The notes: a model not told the origin generated them from the letters alone. DNA of 64,000 bases from an uncultured Clostridia bacterium (GCA_947593585.1 CANQDP010000006.1:1675-65674); one strand, 5' to 3'. Shown: positions 20,078 through 29,465, counted from the first letter of the stretch. Numbers and translations are program-made.

Positions 20078-20800
20078 ATGACAAAAGATCTCAAGTTTTT
20101 ATTAAACATTGTAAACCAAGCAGAAGCAATATCAAAAGAACATTTCGTAGTAAAGGAAAAGAAAGGCTCTACCCCTAATGATTTAGTTACCAATTTGGAT
20201 TTAAAAATTGAAAAGTTTTTGATTTCGCAAATTAAAGAAGAATATCCAAACTTTGATATTGTGAGTGAAGAAACAAACAGCAAAAAAGAAGTTGGCAAAA
20301 ACTGCTTTACCATAGACCCTATTGATGGCACGATTAATTTTGCAAACGGGTTGCCTTTTTGGGGAATTCAGTTGGCTTGCGTAAAAAACGGAAAAACTGT
20401 TGCCGCTGTTATTGACATGCCTAAAATGGGATATTTATTTTACGCGGACAAAAATGGTGCATTTTTAAATGGAGAAAAAATTCAAGTTAGGCAAGTGCCT
20501 TTAAAGAATGCTCTTTACTGTGTGGATTGCAGTCGGTTTATGACCGTTTGCAACAACATAAAAAAATATGGAATAACAGGATTTCGCAGGACGGGAGCAA
20601 TCTGTGCATCTATGGCTTTTGTTGCCGCAGGTTGGTTCCATGGTGTGGTTTATTTGAGTGAAAAGCCTTGGGACTACTACCCCGGCCTATACATCGCAAA
20701 AATGGCAGGTGCTTCAACTCGCAGCGAAAAAGGATTTCGTGCGTGCGCTATGAATGATGAATTATTAAACATTTTAAAAGAGTGCACAAAAGAACAATAA
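20078..20800 (+). CDS. Inositol monophosphatase family protein
   Basis: SEE...FTIDPIDGTINF motif plus a downstream WDYYPG-like motif. GGAGG RBS. Confidence 0.8.
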   Translation: MTKDLKFLLNIVNQAEAISKEHFVVKEKKGSTPNDLVTNLDLKIEKFLISQIKEEYPNFDIVSEETNSKKEVGKNCFTIDPIDGTINFANGLPFWGIQLACVKNGKTVAAVIDMPKMGYLFYADKNGAFLNGEKIQVRQVPLKNALYCVDCSRFMTVCNNIKKYGITGFRRTGAICASMAFVAAGWFHGVVYLSEKPWDYYPGLYIAKMAGASTRSEKGFRACAMNDELLNILKECTKEQ

Positions 20801-20823
20801 AAAAATGGAAAAATTGAAAAAAC

Positions 20824-20861
20824 AAGGGCAAATTTTAAATTTTTTTGAAAATTTTGCCCTT
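20824..20861. terminator. Bidirectional terminator
   Basis: Perfect 14-bp stem aagggcaaaatttt/aaaattttgccctt between convergent genes. Confidence 0.65.
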
Positions 20862-20921
20862 ATTTTTATTGTTTTAAAAAATTTTTGAAAATTTACAAGT
20901 CAATCAAAACGAATGAAAATT

Positions 20922-22298
20922 CTATTTCAAAAACAATCTAATCAAAAATTGTTTGAACTTGCTCGTTGGCTGATAGCGCAAAGGCAAATCTAATTTGTTT
21001 GATTTTTTCACAATGCTTTTATAGTGAGTGAATGTGTCAAACCCTGCCTTGCCATGATATGCACCTATGCCACTTTGCTTTAATCCGCCAAACGCTAAAT
21101 TTGGGTTTGCTATGTGCATAATGGTGTCGTTCACACAGCCTCCGCCAAATTGACATTTGGTGAGCACTTTATCTTGATTGCGCTTGTTGGTTGAAAACAT
21201 ATAAAGAGCAAGTGGCTTATTGTGAGCATTGATAACTTTGATTGCATCATCAAGATTTTCAAAGGTTACAACCGGCAAAATCGGGCCAAATATTTCGTTT
21301 TGCATGCACGCATCATCGAAAGTGGCAGACATAATTGTTGGCTCAATTTTTAAGGCTTTTTCATTTACTCTTCCGCCAAACAAAACCTTATCCTTTTCAA
21401 TCAATCCGCTCATAACATCAAACTGCTTTTGATTTATCATTTTTGGATAGTTTGGATTGTTTAATATATCTGTTGAATATTGCAAAACGATTTGGCGAAC
21501 CAATTCCCTCACCAGCCTTTCTTTAACTGACGAGTGGCAGTAGATATAGTCAGGAGCAACGCAAGTTTGCCCAGCATTTAAAAGTTTGCCAAAGATTATA
21601 CGCTTTGCTGCTAGAGCAATATCCGCCGTTTCGTCAATCACGCATGGGCTTTTGCCTCCCATTTCAAGAGTGATTGGAGTGAAATGCTCAGCAGCCTTTT
21701 TCATTAAAATTTCGCCCACTCTGGTTGAGCCTGTGTAGAAAATATAATCCACACCTTTTTCAATGACATAATTGCACTCTTCCACTCCTCCCATAATGGT
21801 TGACACATGACCAGGATTGAAAGTGCGCTCAATTAATTTAACAATCACCCTGCTAACATTTTTTGAACTGCTTGAAGGTTTTAAAATGACAGAATTGCCG
21901 GCTGAAATTGCATCCACAATCGGCTCTAAACTTAACATAAAAGGATAGTTCCATGGGCTGATGACAAGCACCAAGCCATACGGACAAGCCATGGTGAAAC
22001 TTTTTGCCGGAAAATTGTTTAATGGCGTGTGAGCACGCTTTGGGCGAGCATACTTTTTTAGGTGCTTTATCATATGGCTGATTTCTGCGAGTGTCATGCC
22101 AATTTCAGTCATATAACTCTCTGCCGCGCTTTTGTTTAAGTCCGCTTTAAGTGCCTCACAAATTTCAGGCTCCATTAGCAGAATGTTTTTATATAATAGT
22201 TTTAGTGCGGCAATGCGTTTTTTCACATCTTGCATTGGATTATCTTCCAAGAAAACGCGCATGCGATATAATTTATAATCAATTTTAGTCGTGTCCAT
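20922..22298 (-). CDS. NAD(P)-dependent aldehyde dehydrogenase (ALDH3/YwdH-like)
   Basis: LEMGGKSPCVI (catalytic Glu) and NAGQTCVAPDY (catalytic Cys). The start is uncertain (22298, 22262 or 22235). Confidence 0.85.
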   Translation of the reverse strand: MDTTKIDYKLYRMRVFLEDNPMQDVKKRIAALKLLYKNILLMEPEICEALKADLNKSAAESYMTEIGMTLAEISHMIKHLKKYARPKRAHTPLNNFPAKSFTMACPYGLVLVISPWNYPFMLSLEPIVDAISAGNSVILKPSSSSKNVSRVIVKLIERTFNPGHVSTIMGGVEECNYVIEKGVDYIFYTGSTRVGEILMKKAAEHFTPITLEMGGKSPCVIDETADIALAAKRIIFGKLLNAGQTCVAPDYIYCHSSVKERLVRELVRQIVLQYSTDILNNPNYPKMINQKQFDVMSGLIEKDKVLFGGRVNEKALKIEPTIMSATFDDACMQNEIFGPILPVVTFENLDDAIKVINAHNKPLALYMFSTNKRNQDKVLTKCQFGGGCVNDTIMHIANPNLAFGGLKQSGIGAYHGKAGFDTFTHYKSIVKKSNKLDLPLRYQPTSKFKQFLIRLFLK

Positions 22299-23493
22299 TT
22301 TTTACCTCGCGATAAATTTCTTCTAATTCTTTTGCTGTGTAAAGCACAGGCACAGGATAAAGCGGATTTGCCTCTTTTTCCGCAGTTTTGGCAAGCTCTT
22401 CAATATCTTCGAGTTGAATTTCGTCAATCTTATTGCCTATCCCCATCTCTGCATTCATCTCTTCTAGTTTTTCAATGAATAGACGAGCACCGAGTTCGTG
22501 CGAGGTGGAGCTATCAAACAAATTGCAATAAACGCCCAACTCCCACAATTTTTTATAAACAGATTTGCCATATTTTTTGAGCACATAAGGCAGAATAATT
22601 GCGTTTGCAAGACCATGTGCCACATTATATTTTCCGCCCAAAGAATGAGCCACTGCGTGCACATAACCAACATATGATTTTGTGAATGCAACACCAGCCA
22701 AATAGGATGCAAAAAGCATGTTGTTCCTCGCTTCAAAATTTGTGCCATCTTGATAAGCGATGCCCAAGTTCTCGAAAATCAATTTGCTTGCCCTAAGCGC
22801 ACAATCCCTTGTTTGTTTTGTGGTGCTTCTGCCGATATATGCTTCTATTGCGTGAGTTAAAGAATCCATACCTGTGGAAGCCGTAACACTCTGCGGAAGC
22901 CCAAGAGTTAAGTTTGCGTCTAGCAAGGCGTATGAAGGGATTAGCGGAAAATCGTTTATGGCATATTTATGACGAGTTTCTGCATCTGTGATGACTGCAG
23001 CAAGCGTGGTTTCACTGCCCGTGCCAGCCGTGGTTGGGATTGCAATTAAAAGCGGAAGTTTTTTGCGAACTTTTAAAATACCTTTCATTTTATTTAGGCT
23101 TTTTTTAGGGCAAGCGACCCTTGCTCCAACCGCTTTTGCGCAGTCCATTGCCGAGCCTCCGCCAAAACCGATTATGCAATCACAAGCGTTTGCTTGAAAC
23201 ATTGCCAAAGCATCTGCCACATTTTGAGTGGTTGGGTTGGCAACCGTGCCGTCAAAAACTGACAAGCCAATGCCCGCTTCTTTTAATTTCGTTTCTAATT
23301 GATTGGTTAGATTTAGATTTCTTAATCCCTTGTCCGTTACCAACAAAACGCTCTTCTTCCCTTTCGCTTGCAAAAGCCTAATTAGTGCGTCATAGTCTTT
23401 TAAAAGTTTTGGTTCTCGATATGGAAGCAACGGAATTGCAATTTTAAAAACGGTCTGATAAGCGCGGCAAAAAAACTTTTTAAAAATGTTCAT
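22285..23493 (-). CDS. Iron-containing alcohol dehydrogenase
   Basis: GFGGGSAMDCAKA motif and the His cluster HAVAHSLGG...HG. ATG at 23493 has AAGGAG 5 nt upstream. Confidence 0.85.
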   Translation of the reverse strand: MNIFKKFFCRAYQTVFKIAIPLLPYREPKLLKDYDALIRLLQAKGKKSVLLVTDKGLRNLNLTNQLETKLKEAGIGLSVFDGTVANPTTQNVADALAMFQANACDCIIGFGGGSAMDCAKAVGARVACPKKSLNKMKGILKVRKKLPLLIAIPTTAGTGSETTLAAVITDAETRHKYAINDFPLIPSYALLDANLTLGLPQSVTASTGMDSLTHAIEAYIGRSTTKQTRDCALRASKLIFENLGIAYQDGTNFEARNNMLFASYLAGVAFTKSYVGYVHAVAHSLGGKYNVAHGLANAIILPYVLKKYGKSVYKKLWELGVYCNLFDSSTSHELGARLFIEKLEEMNAEMGIGNKIDEIQLEDIEELAKTAEKEANPLYPVPVLYTAKELEEIYREVKNGHD

Positions 23494-23552
23494 ATATTCT
23501 CCTTTAACAAATTCCCCTATGAAATAAGTATAGCAAAAAGGCAAAATTTTTT

Positions 23553-23588
23553 CAAGAAAAAACGGACAAATTTGAGATTTATCCGTTT
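23553..23588 (-). terminator. Terminator after the HD-domain gene
   Basis: On the minus strand, AAACGGA-15 nt-TCCGTTT is followed by a T-run. A TTGAAA/TATACT promoter for the adh operon follows. Confidence 0.45.
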
Positions 23589-23624
23589 AAATTTAACAAA
23601 AATTTACAATTCTTATGATTTTGT

Positions 23625-24140
23625 TTATCTTTTATGCCTAAAAGTTTCGATGAAATTAAATTTTTCAATGCCATTATTCTTAAATTCTTCATATAATTTT
23701 GGCATTTTAAACTCGTCCGCATAAATTTTTGCTTGCATAATTGCATCATATTTATCTAGTGCCTTCACAAACTGCGCCTCTTTAGTTTTGTTCTCTTCAA
23801 ATTCAAGCCAAAAGGCTTTCAACTCTGGGATGTGATATTGAGAAGAAATGCGCTCCACTCCCTTTAATTCCTTATAATATTTGTCGGCTTGTGAAACATT
23901 GTCCTGCGGGGTCATATCACCAGCATCAATTTCGCAAAGTTCATGATAAGCAATCATTTTTAAAACTTTTAATTGGTCGAGTTTTGTGTCGTTTTTCGCC
24001 ATAATTTCAAGAGCAAGCATAAGCATTGAAAAAGTGTGCTCAGCATCACTCTCAACTCTACCAGGGACATTTCGCAAAAGCCAACCTCTGCGTAAAATTT
24101 GCTTCATTTTTGCAATTTCTTTATAAAATTCTTTTTCCAT
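23625..24140 (-). CDS. HD-domain phosphohydrolase (YfbR-like 5'-nucleotidase family)
   Basis: ESDAEHTFSM...YHELCEIDAGD...KALDKYD is an H...HD...D metal-ligand pattern. Confidence 0.7.
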   Translation of the reverse strand: MEKEFYKEIAKMKQILRRGWLLRNVPGRVESDAEHTFSMLMLALEIMAKNDTKLDQLKVLKMIAYHELCEIDAGDMTPQDNVSQADKYYKELKGVERISSQYHIPELKAFWLEFEENKTKEAQFVKALDKYDAIMQAKIYADEFKMPKLYEEFKNNGIEKFNFIETFRHKR

Positions 24141-24141
24141 A

Positions 24142-25890
24142 TCACACCTTTTTATTGATAGTTTCTAAAAGTTGTTTTTCAAAATCTTCATATGACATAG
24201 ACACAGTGTCCTTACTGCCACGAGTGCGCACTGCAACGCTATTCTCTGCCATTTCTTTATCACCTAACACTAAAATAAATGGGGATTTTTCTAGCACTGC
24301 CGAGCGGATTTTTTTGCCCACGCTTTCGTTTGAAATATCAGCACTAACACGAATTTTATTCAAATGTAATTTTGCTTCAATGTGGCGAGCATAATCAATA
24401 TTCTTTTCGCTAACAGTCAAAATCTTAACTTGCAATGGATTTAACCAAACAGGCAAATTGCCCTTCGTTTCTTCAATTAAGAAGGCAACAAATCTATCTA
24501 GCGAGCCAAAGATTGCACGATGGATAACAACCGGCCGAACACGATTATCATGCTCATCAACATATTCCAATTCAAAGCGCTCTGGCAGTTGATAATCTAA
24601 CTGAACGGTGGATAAAGTTACTTCATGCCCTATTGCCGACTTAACTTGCACATCAATTTTAGGACCATAAAAGGCGGCTTCGCCCTCTGCCTCATAATAA
24701 TTTGCACCACTGGATTTTAAAATTTCTCGCAGTGCGGTTTCGCTCTTTTCCCAAAGTTCGTCATTGCCAAAATATTTTTCTGTGTTCTTTTTATCGCGCA
24801 AAGATAAGCGGAAAGCATAATTTTTAAAGCCAAAATCTTTATAGACATCCAAAATCAAATTAATAACGCCCTGAATTTCATCTTTAATTTGGTCTGGTCG
24901 GCAGAAAATGTGAGCATCGTTTTGAGTGAAAGCGCGTGTGCGCTCAATTCCACATAAATTCCCACTGCCTTCAAACCTAAAATCGTTTGCAATTTCGGCA
25001 ATGCGGACAGGCAAATCTTTGTAAGAGTGCATAAACGATTTATAAATCATCATGTGATGCGGGCAGTTCATTGGGCGCAAAACATAAGTTTCATTTTCAC
25101 GCTCCATTGCTGGGAACATATCCTCTTGATAGTGCTCCCAATGTCCAGATGTTTTATATAGATTTATAGAGCCAAGTGATGGCGTCATCACATGCTGATA
25201 GCCAAGAGACAACTCTTTATCCATAATATAATCGCTGAGTGCGCGGCGCAATAAGAAGCCATTTGGCAACCAAATTGGCAAGCCTTTGCCGATTAAATCG
25301 TGCATCATAAAGATGCCCAGGTCTTTGCCCAACTTTCTATGGTCGCGCTCTTTTGCCTCTTCCTCTAAGCGCAAGCACTCTTTCAAATCATCTTTATTTA
25401 AAAAGCCATACACATATATGCGTGTCAGCATTTTGTTCTTCTCACTGCCACGCCAATATGCCCCACTCGCACGATTGATTTTAAAACTAAATCCGCGCAA
25501 AAATTTGGTGTTTTCCACATGAGGGCCGCGGCACAAATCATAAAAATCATCACCCGTGTGATACACTGTGATTTTCTCACCCTTTGGCAAATCATTTATA
25601 AGTTCGGTCTTATAAGGCTCATCTTTAAACATTTTGAGTGCCTCAGCCTTAGTTACTTCCTTGCGCACAAAATCTTCATTTTTATTGATGATTTCACGCA
25701 TTTTATCTTCAATTTTTGCAAAATCGTCTTGATTGATAGATAAATTGTCAAAATCATAATAAAAGCCATTGTCGATGGCTGGGCCTATTGCCACCTTTGC
25801 CTCAGGATAAAGTTGCTTAATTGCCTTTGCAAGCACATGGCTCATGCTGTGGCGATACATTTGTTGTTTTTCTTGGTCTTTCTCTTCCAT
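24142..25890 (-). CDS. thrS: Threonine--tRNA ligase (lacks the N-terminal TGS domain)
   Basis: Starts at ATG 25890 (GGAGAGG RBS) directly with the RHSMSHVLAKAIKQLYP editing-domain motif. Class II motifs and an anticodon-binding domain follow. The longer ORF to 25947 would run through the T-box terminator. Confidence 0.95.
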   Translation of the reverse strand: MEEKDQEKQQMYRHSMSHVLAKAIKQLYPEAKVAIGPAIDNGFYYDFDNLSINQDDFAKIEDKMREIINKNEDFVRKEVTKAEALKMFKDEPYKTELINDLPKGEKITVYHTGDDFYDLCRGPHVENTKFLRGFSFKINRASGAYWRGSEKNKMLTRIYVYGFLNKDDLKECLRLEEEAKERDHRKLGKDLGIFMMHDLIGKGLPIWLPNGFLLRRALSDYIMDKELSLGYQHVMTPSLGSINLYKTSGHWEHYQEDMFPAMERENETYVLRPMNCPHHMMIYKSFMHSYKDLPVRIAEIANDFRFEGSGNLCGIERTRAFTQNDAHIFCRPDQIKDEIQGVINLILDVYKDFGFKNYAFRLSLRDKKNTEKYFGNDELWEKSETALREILKSSGANYYEAEGEAAFYGPKIDVQVKSAIGHEVTLSTVQLDYQLPERFELEYVDEHDNRVRPVVIHRAIFGSLDRFVAFLIEETKGNLPVWLNPLQVKILTVSEKNIDYARHIEAKLHLNKIRVSADISNESVGKKIRSAVLEKSPFILVLGDKEMAENSVAVRTRGSKDTVSMSYEDFEKQLLETINKKV

Positions 25891-26154
25891 AATCCTCTCC
25901 TTAAATAAAAAAACCTTGCAAAAATTTATTGCAAGGGACGATTTCAAACCGCGGTTCCACCCTAATTGTTGCGAACAACCACTTAATTTTGCTAGGATTC
26001 ACTAGCGTTGACCTAGTTGGTGGTTTCAGTGAATAATGTGTTGCGCCAATCTCAGCCGGCAGGCGCTCTCTGTGAACCTAAATATTGACCTACTTGTCCA
26101 ACCAAAAATCTATTTAACTGCAATTATTTTAACACACGCTTTGGGATTTGTCAA
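25891..26154 (-). promoter_or_regulatory. T-box leader (Thr specifier) with its promoter and terminator
   Basis: On the minus strand: TTGACA (rc 26149-26154), 17 nt, TAAAAT (rc 26126-26131). An AGAGAG motif in stem I. Specifier region GAA-ACC-ACC-A (rc about 26019-26024). T-box sequence AATTAGGGTGGAACCGCGG (rc 25949-25967). Terminator CCTTGCAA-7 nt-TTGCAAGG plus T-run (25907-25936). Confidence 0.85.
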
Positions 26155-26182
26155 TTAAAAGATTAAAATTTGCCAAAAATTT

Positions 26183-26935
26183 TCAGTTTTTCATTATGAT
26201 TTTCAGCCTATTAGAAAAAACATTGCTCAAAAAACTCACCGCCTCACTATTTTGCTGGTCGTTTAAATAAATGTCAATATAACTTGGGCAGGCGTTTAAA
26301 ACATTTGTGATTAGTTCTAACGCATCGTGGCACTCTGCAATTTTCTTAATTCTGGCATTTTTGTTTTTCATGTTGTAAACCGAAAAATTATCGCCATCGC
26401 AAACCACTTTAACTTTATAAACAAGGCTATCCATAGTGTTTATTAAAAAACGGATAACATCTAAAAATGTGCCAGAATTAAATAAAGTGAGATTGTCGCT
26501 CGATAGTTCAGCTAGATTATCCCAATGACGCTTTAATGGAGATAGGCGAAATTCTAAAAAACTATCAATAAAAAATGTTTGATTAAACAAAATAATATTG
26601 CTTAAAGCGGACACATCTGTGGATTTGTCAAAAATTGACAAAACTTTGATGTAGGCATTAAAAGTGAGAGTGTTGCAAAGCGGATTTTTTATCTTTTGCT
26701 TTAAATAATTAACTTTATAGACACTTTCGATATATTCAATTATTATATCTCTTAAAATTGTTTCGCACGGCTCAATATAGGCATCATCGCAAGCAAATAA
26801 GAGATAAATAAAATTATTGTCGCTATACCCTGTGATTATATTCTTGCAAAAATCAATTTTAGACTTAATGTTTGCGTGCAAAAAATCAATGATTTTTTTA
26901 TTAGACACTTTGGTTGCCAAGGCAATCTCTCTCAT
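26183..26935 (-). CDS. Hypothetical protein, possibly YtxC-like
   Basis: 250 aa from ATG 26935 (AGAGGT RBS). Its position immediately upstream of thrS matches ytxC in Bacillus. The sequence-level assignment was not verified. Confidence 0.4.
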   Translation of the reverse strand: MREIALATKVSNKKIIDFLHANIKSKIDFCKNIITGYSDNNFIYLLFACDDAYIEPCETILRDIIIEYIESVYKVNYLKQKIKNPLCNTLTFNAYIKVLSIFDKSTDVSALSNIILFNQTFFIDSFLEFRLSPLKRHWDNLAELSSDNLTLFNSGTFLDVIRFLINTMDSLVYKVKVVCDGDNFSVYNMKNKNARIKKIAECHDALELITNVLNACPSYIDIYLNDQQNSEAVSFLSNVFSNRLKIIMKN

Positions 26936-27045
26936 AAATACCTCTATTGTATAATATGCACTAAATAATATTTTACTCTTAAAATTTTTGGCAATTTTTG
27001 AGAGAGAAATTGTCAATCAAAAAGTGAAGAAAAATTATTTAAAAT

Positions 27046-27246
27046 TTAACTTTCAAAATTATTAAAATTGATAAAATCGTTATTAAAACTAACGCTGTTT
27101 GTTCTGCAATTTGGGTCATAAAATGTGTGGCAACAGCAATTTGCTGGCATGCACCTGCACCAAGTTTGTGCACGAAACATTTCTAAATTAAGATTTGAAA
27201 TTCGCACACAATCATAGCATCCGGTGCGATAGAAGAAATAATACAT
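27046..27246 (-). CDS. Cysteine-rich small protein (66 aa, 8 Cys)
   Basis: ATG at 27246 has GAGGTG 4 nt upstream. Cys pattern is CxxC...CxC...CCC...C. Confidence 0.5.
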   Translation of the reverse strand: MYYFFYRTGCYDCVRISNLNLEMFRAQTWCRCMPANCCCHTFYDPNCRTNSVSFNNDFINFNNFES

Positions 27247-27293
27247 ATTTCACCTCTATCTCAGTGTATGCCCACAAAAGATTTTTGTTATTT

Positions 27294-27336
27294 GCATGAA
27301 AAAACACCACTGATGTGGTGTTTTAAACTATGCCTG
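27294..27336 (-). terminator. Terminator module shared by paralogues A and B (copy 1)
   Basis: gcatgaaaaaacaccactgatgtggtgttttaaactatgcctg. The minus-strand hairpin ACACCAC-ATCAG-TGGTGT is followed by a T-run. It is repeated at 28024-28067. Confidence 0.7.
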
Positions 27337-27939
27337 CTCTGTTTCTGTGGCTGGAGCTGTGGCTTTTTTCTTTGACAACACAAAGAAAACAACTGAAAGT
27401 GAAGCAAAAGCAACCAACACAACTTCAACAACGCCTAGAACGACTGCCCAAACGATTGAACCTGTGCAAGTTAGATTGTCCATTTCCATGCCTTCGCCCA
27501 ACTCGTTAATGCCTGGCAACTCAAATTTGAAAGCATTCACAGTGGCAACTTCATCTTTGCTATTCCACATCTCATCGGTGAGTTCTTTTATTGCAGTGTC
27601 ATAGTCGCTATCAGCAACAGGACCAAGCATAATAATTTTATGCCCACGACGAGCGTAGTAATAATCGCCATTCACCATCTCTGAAAGAATGTCCATCTCA
27701 ATGCCATCAAACTCAAATTTCATAGTTAATTGCTTGCTATTTTTGAATTTGACAGAGACGCTGCCAGTGAGTGTGATGTTGTTTGTTTCATCCACTGGAG
27801 ATGTAACTTTAAAATCAGTTGAATAAGTCATCCCATATGCAACAGGACGAGCCAACAAACCAACATAAACTCCAAGAAGAAGAACTGCAACAATGACGAA
27901 AGTTAGCATAACGGGCAATTTGCTAAAAAATTTTTTCAT
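27328..27939 (-). CDS. Bitopic (N- and C-terminally anchored) membrane protein, paralogue A
   Basis: 203 aa: MKKFFSKLPVMLTFVIVAVLLLGVYVGLLARPV signal anchor, about 130-aa ectodomain, C-terminal TM LTCTGSIVWAVVLGVVEVVLVAF. It has its own TTGATT/TAGAAT promoter and an AGGAGG RBS. Confidence 0.7.
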   Translation of the reverse strand: MKKFFSKLPVMLTFVIVAVLLLGVYVGLLARPVAYGMTYSTDFKVTSPVDETNNITLTGSVSVKFKNSKQLTMKFEFDGIEMDILSEMVNGDYYYARRGHKIIMLGPVADSDYDTAIKELTDEMWNSKDEVATVNAFKFELPGINELGEGMEMDNLTCTGSIVWAVVLGVVEVVLVAFASLSVVFFVLSKKKATAPATETEQA

Positions 27940-28023
27940 CTAAACCTCCTAATTTCATTCTAACAATTTGTATGAATAAAATCAAACAGAATTCCACAAA
28001 AATTTGCAAATTTCGCACACGGG

Positions 28024-28067
28024 GCATGAAAAAACACCACTGATGTGGTGTTTTTAAACTATGCCTG
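28024..28067 (-). terminator. Terminator module shared by paralogues A and B (copy 2)
   Basis: Identical to 27294-27336 except for one extra T. Confidence 0.7.
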
Positions 28068-28727
28068 TTTCTTCTTTGAACCAACGAAAGCAGCAACAGA
28101 CAATGCCGAGAAAGCAATTAAAGCAACTTCAACAACGCCTAGTACAACAGCTAAAACGATTGTGCCGGTGCATGTTAAAGGCTCGGTGGTAACGAACTCT
28201 GCATCTGCTGGTGTTTTCAATGTGAAAGCATTAACAGTGAAAGAGTTCATTTTCTGCCAGTCTTCAGATTCTTTGAGCATCTTAACAGCTTCATCATACT
28301 CTTTAGATTCTAAGACATCATCACCAAACACATAAATTTTGTTGCCATCGCGATAGTAGCTGATTTCAAGTTCGGTTAAAACTGTCTTTTCTAGAAGTTT
28401 TACGCCTTCATCAAAAGCTTTTTTAACATCGTCTTTTACATCTTTTTCATAGGTGTAATCAAGCGAAACTTTTTGAGCTAAAACTTTGCTGTTCTTGAAT
28501 TTAACGCTAATTGTTACATCAAATTTCTTGAAGATTTTTAAATCTTGACCGCCAGTAATTGAAGCCATCCCTTCAGACTTCGACACTTCGTCTTTATCCA
28601 TAGTGTAGCTGTAAGTCATACCAGTGGCAACAGGACGAGCAAGCAAGCCAATGTAAACCCCAAGAACAAGAACTGCAACGACAACAAATGTGAGCATAAC
28701 CGGCAATTTGCCTAAAAACTTTTTCAT
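28059..28727 (-). CDS. Bitopic membrane protein, paralogue B
   Basis: 222 aa. N-terminal 40 aa and the C-terminal TM are very similar to paralogue A. The central part is diverged. Confidence 0.7.
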   Translation of the reverse strand: MKKFLGKLPVMLTFVVVAVLVLGVYIGLLARPVATGMTYSYTMDKDEVSKSEGMASITGGQDLKIFKKFDVTISVKFKNSKVLAQKVSLDYTYEKDVKDDVKKAFDEGVKLLEKTVLTELEISYYRDGNKIYVFGDDVLESKEYDEAVKMLKESEDWQKMNSFTVNAFTLKTPADAEFVTTEPLTCTGTIVLAVVLGVVEVALIAFSALSVAAFVGSKKKQA

Positions 28728-28838
28728 TTCGACCTCCTATCTTTAATTTAATATTTTTATATGTTTAAAGTCAAACAAATTTTAGCATTTTTCCAAAAAA
28801 TTTTACAATTTTTTTATTTTTTAATAAATTTGATATGT

Positions 28839-29465
28839 TTATGCTTCAATATTAGGTGTGTTAGGGGTTTTATCTTGATTAGATTTCTTCCTTAATTGCA
28901 CCATAAACACGCTTGAAAGCACAATCACCGCAACTGAGCAAAACATTAAAATTGTGTTCACCACAATTATTGCTATTGCCTGATGATTTGTGAAAACTAA
29001 GGTTGATGAAGTGAGAGGCTCATTGATTTTGAGTGCGCCAATCTTGCTATAATCCACATTATCCCAAACCAAATTTTTCACAGCCTCTTCATAGTCTGCT
29101 TGAGAGAATGAAGATGTTGGTCCAAGGATGGTTACTTTATCCCCCTCTCTATAATACCACATGGTTACAAGCATATCCAAATTTATTGCACGGCCAACGG
29201 CATCGGTTTTCATTTTGATGCGCATATTCAGCTTTTCTTTTGTTTTAAACTCAATTGATGCCTTCACTTTTGCATCTGCAATGCCCATATCTGTCAATTC
29301 AGACGCGAGCCCCATTTCAACAAACTGCTCTTGTGTGAGGTTTGCAGAATAGGTTAAATTATAGTTTATTGGTCGGCAAGCAATCACCAAAACAATCACC
29401 AAAAAGAAGGTGCATAAAACAATGCTTGTGATTAACACCGGCAACTTACCCAAAAATTTTTTCAT
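28839..29465 (-). CDS. Bitopic membrane protein, paralogue C (more divergent)
   Basis: 208 aa with MKKFLGKLPVLIT... and the shared motifs xYYREGDKVTILGP and DYEEAVKNL. C-terminal TM. It has its own TTGACT/TAAACT promoter. Confidence 0.65.
   Translation of the reverse strand: MKKFLGKLPVLITSIVLCTFFLVIVLVIACRPINYNLTYSANLTQEQFVEMGLASELTDMGIADAKVKASIEFKTKEKLNMRIKMKTDAVGRAINLDMLVTMWYYREGDKVTILGPTSSFSQADYEEAVKNLVWDNVDYSKIGALKINEPLTSSTLVFTNHQAIAIIVVNTILMFCSVAVIVLSSVFMVQLRKKSNQDKTPNTPNIEA

Noticed and set aside
20056-20331. 91-aa minus-strand ORF antisense to the inositol monophosphatase gene
   Set aside because: It is a shadow ORF. The plus-strand gene has the diagnostic DPIDGT motif and an RBS.
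25891-25947. Longer thrS ORF starting at 25947
   Set aside because: The extra 19 codons (MKSSLAINFCKVFLFKERI) cover the T-box terminator hairpin and T-run. The ATG at 25890 has a proper RBS and starts at the conserved ThrRS sequence.
27923-28335. ORFs 27923-28117 (minus) and 28045-28335 (plus) around the paralogue A/B junction
   Set aside because: They span the promoter and terminator region or lie antisense to paralogue B. The real genes there have clear RBSs and promoters.
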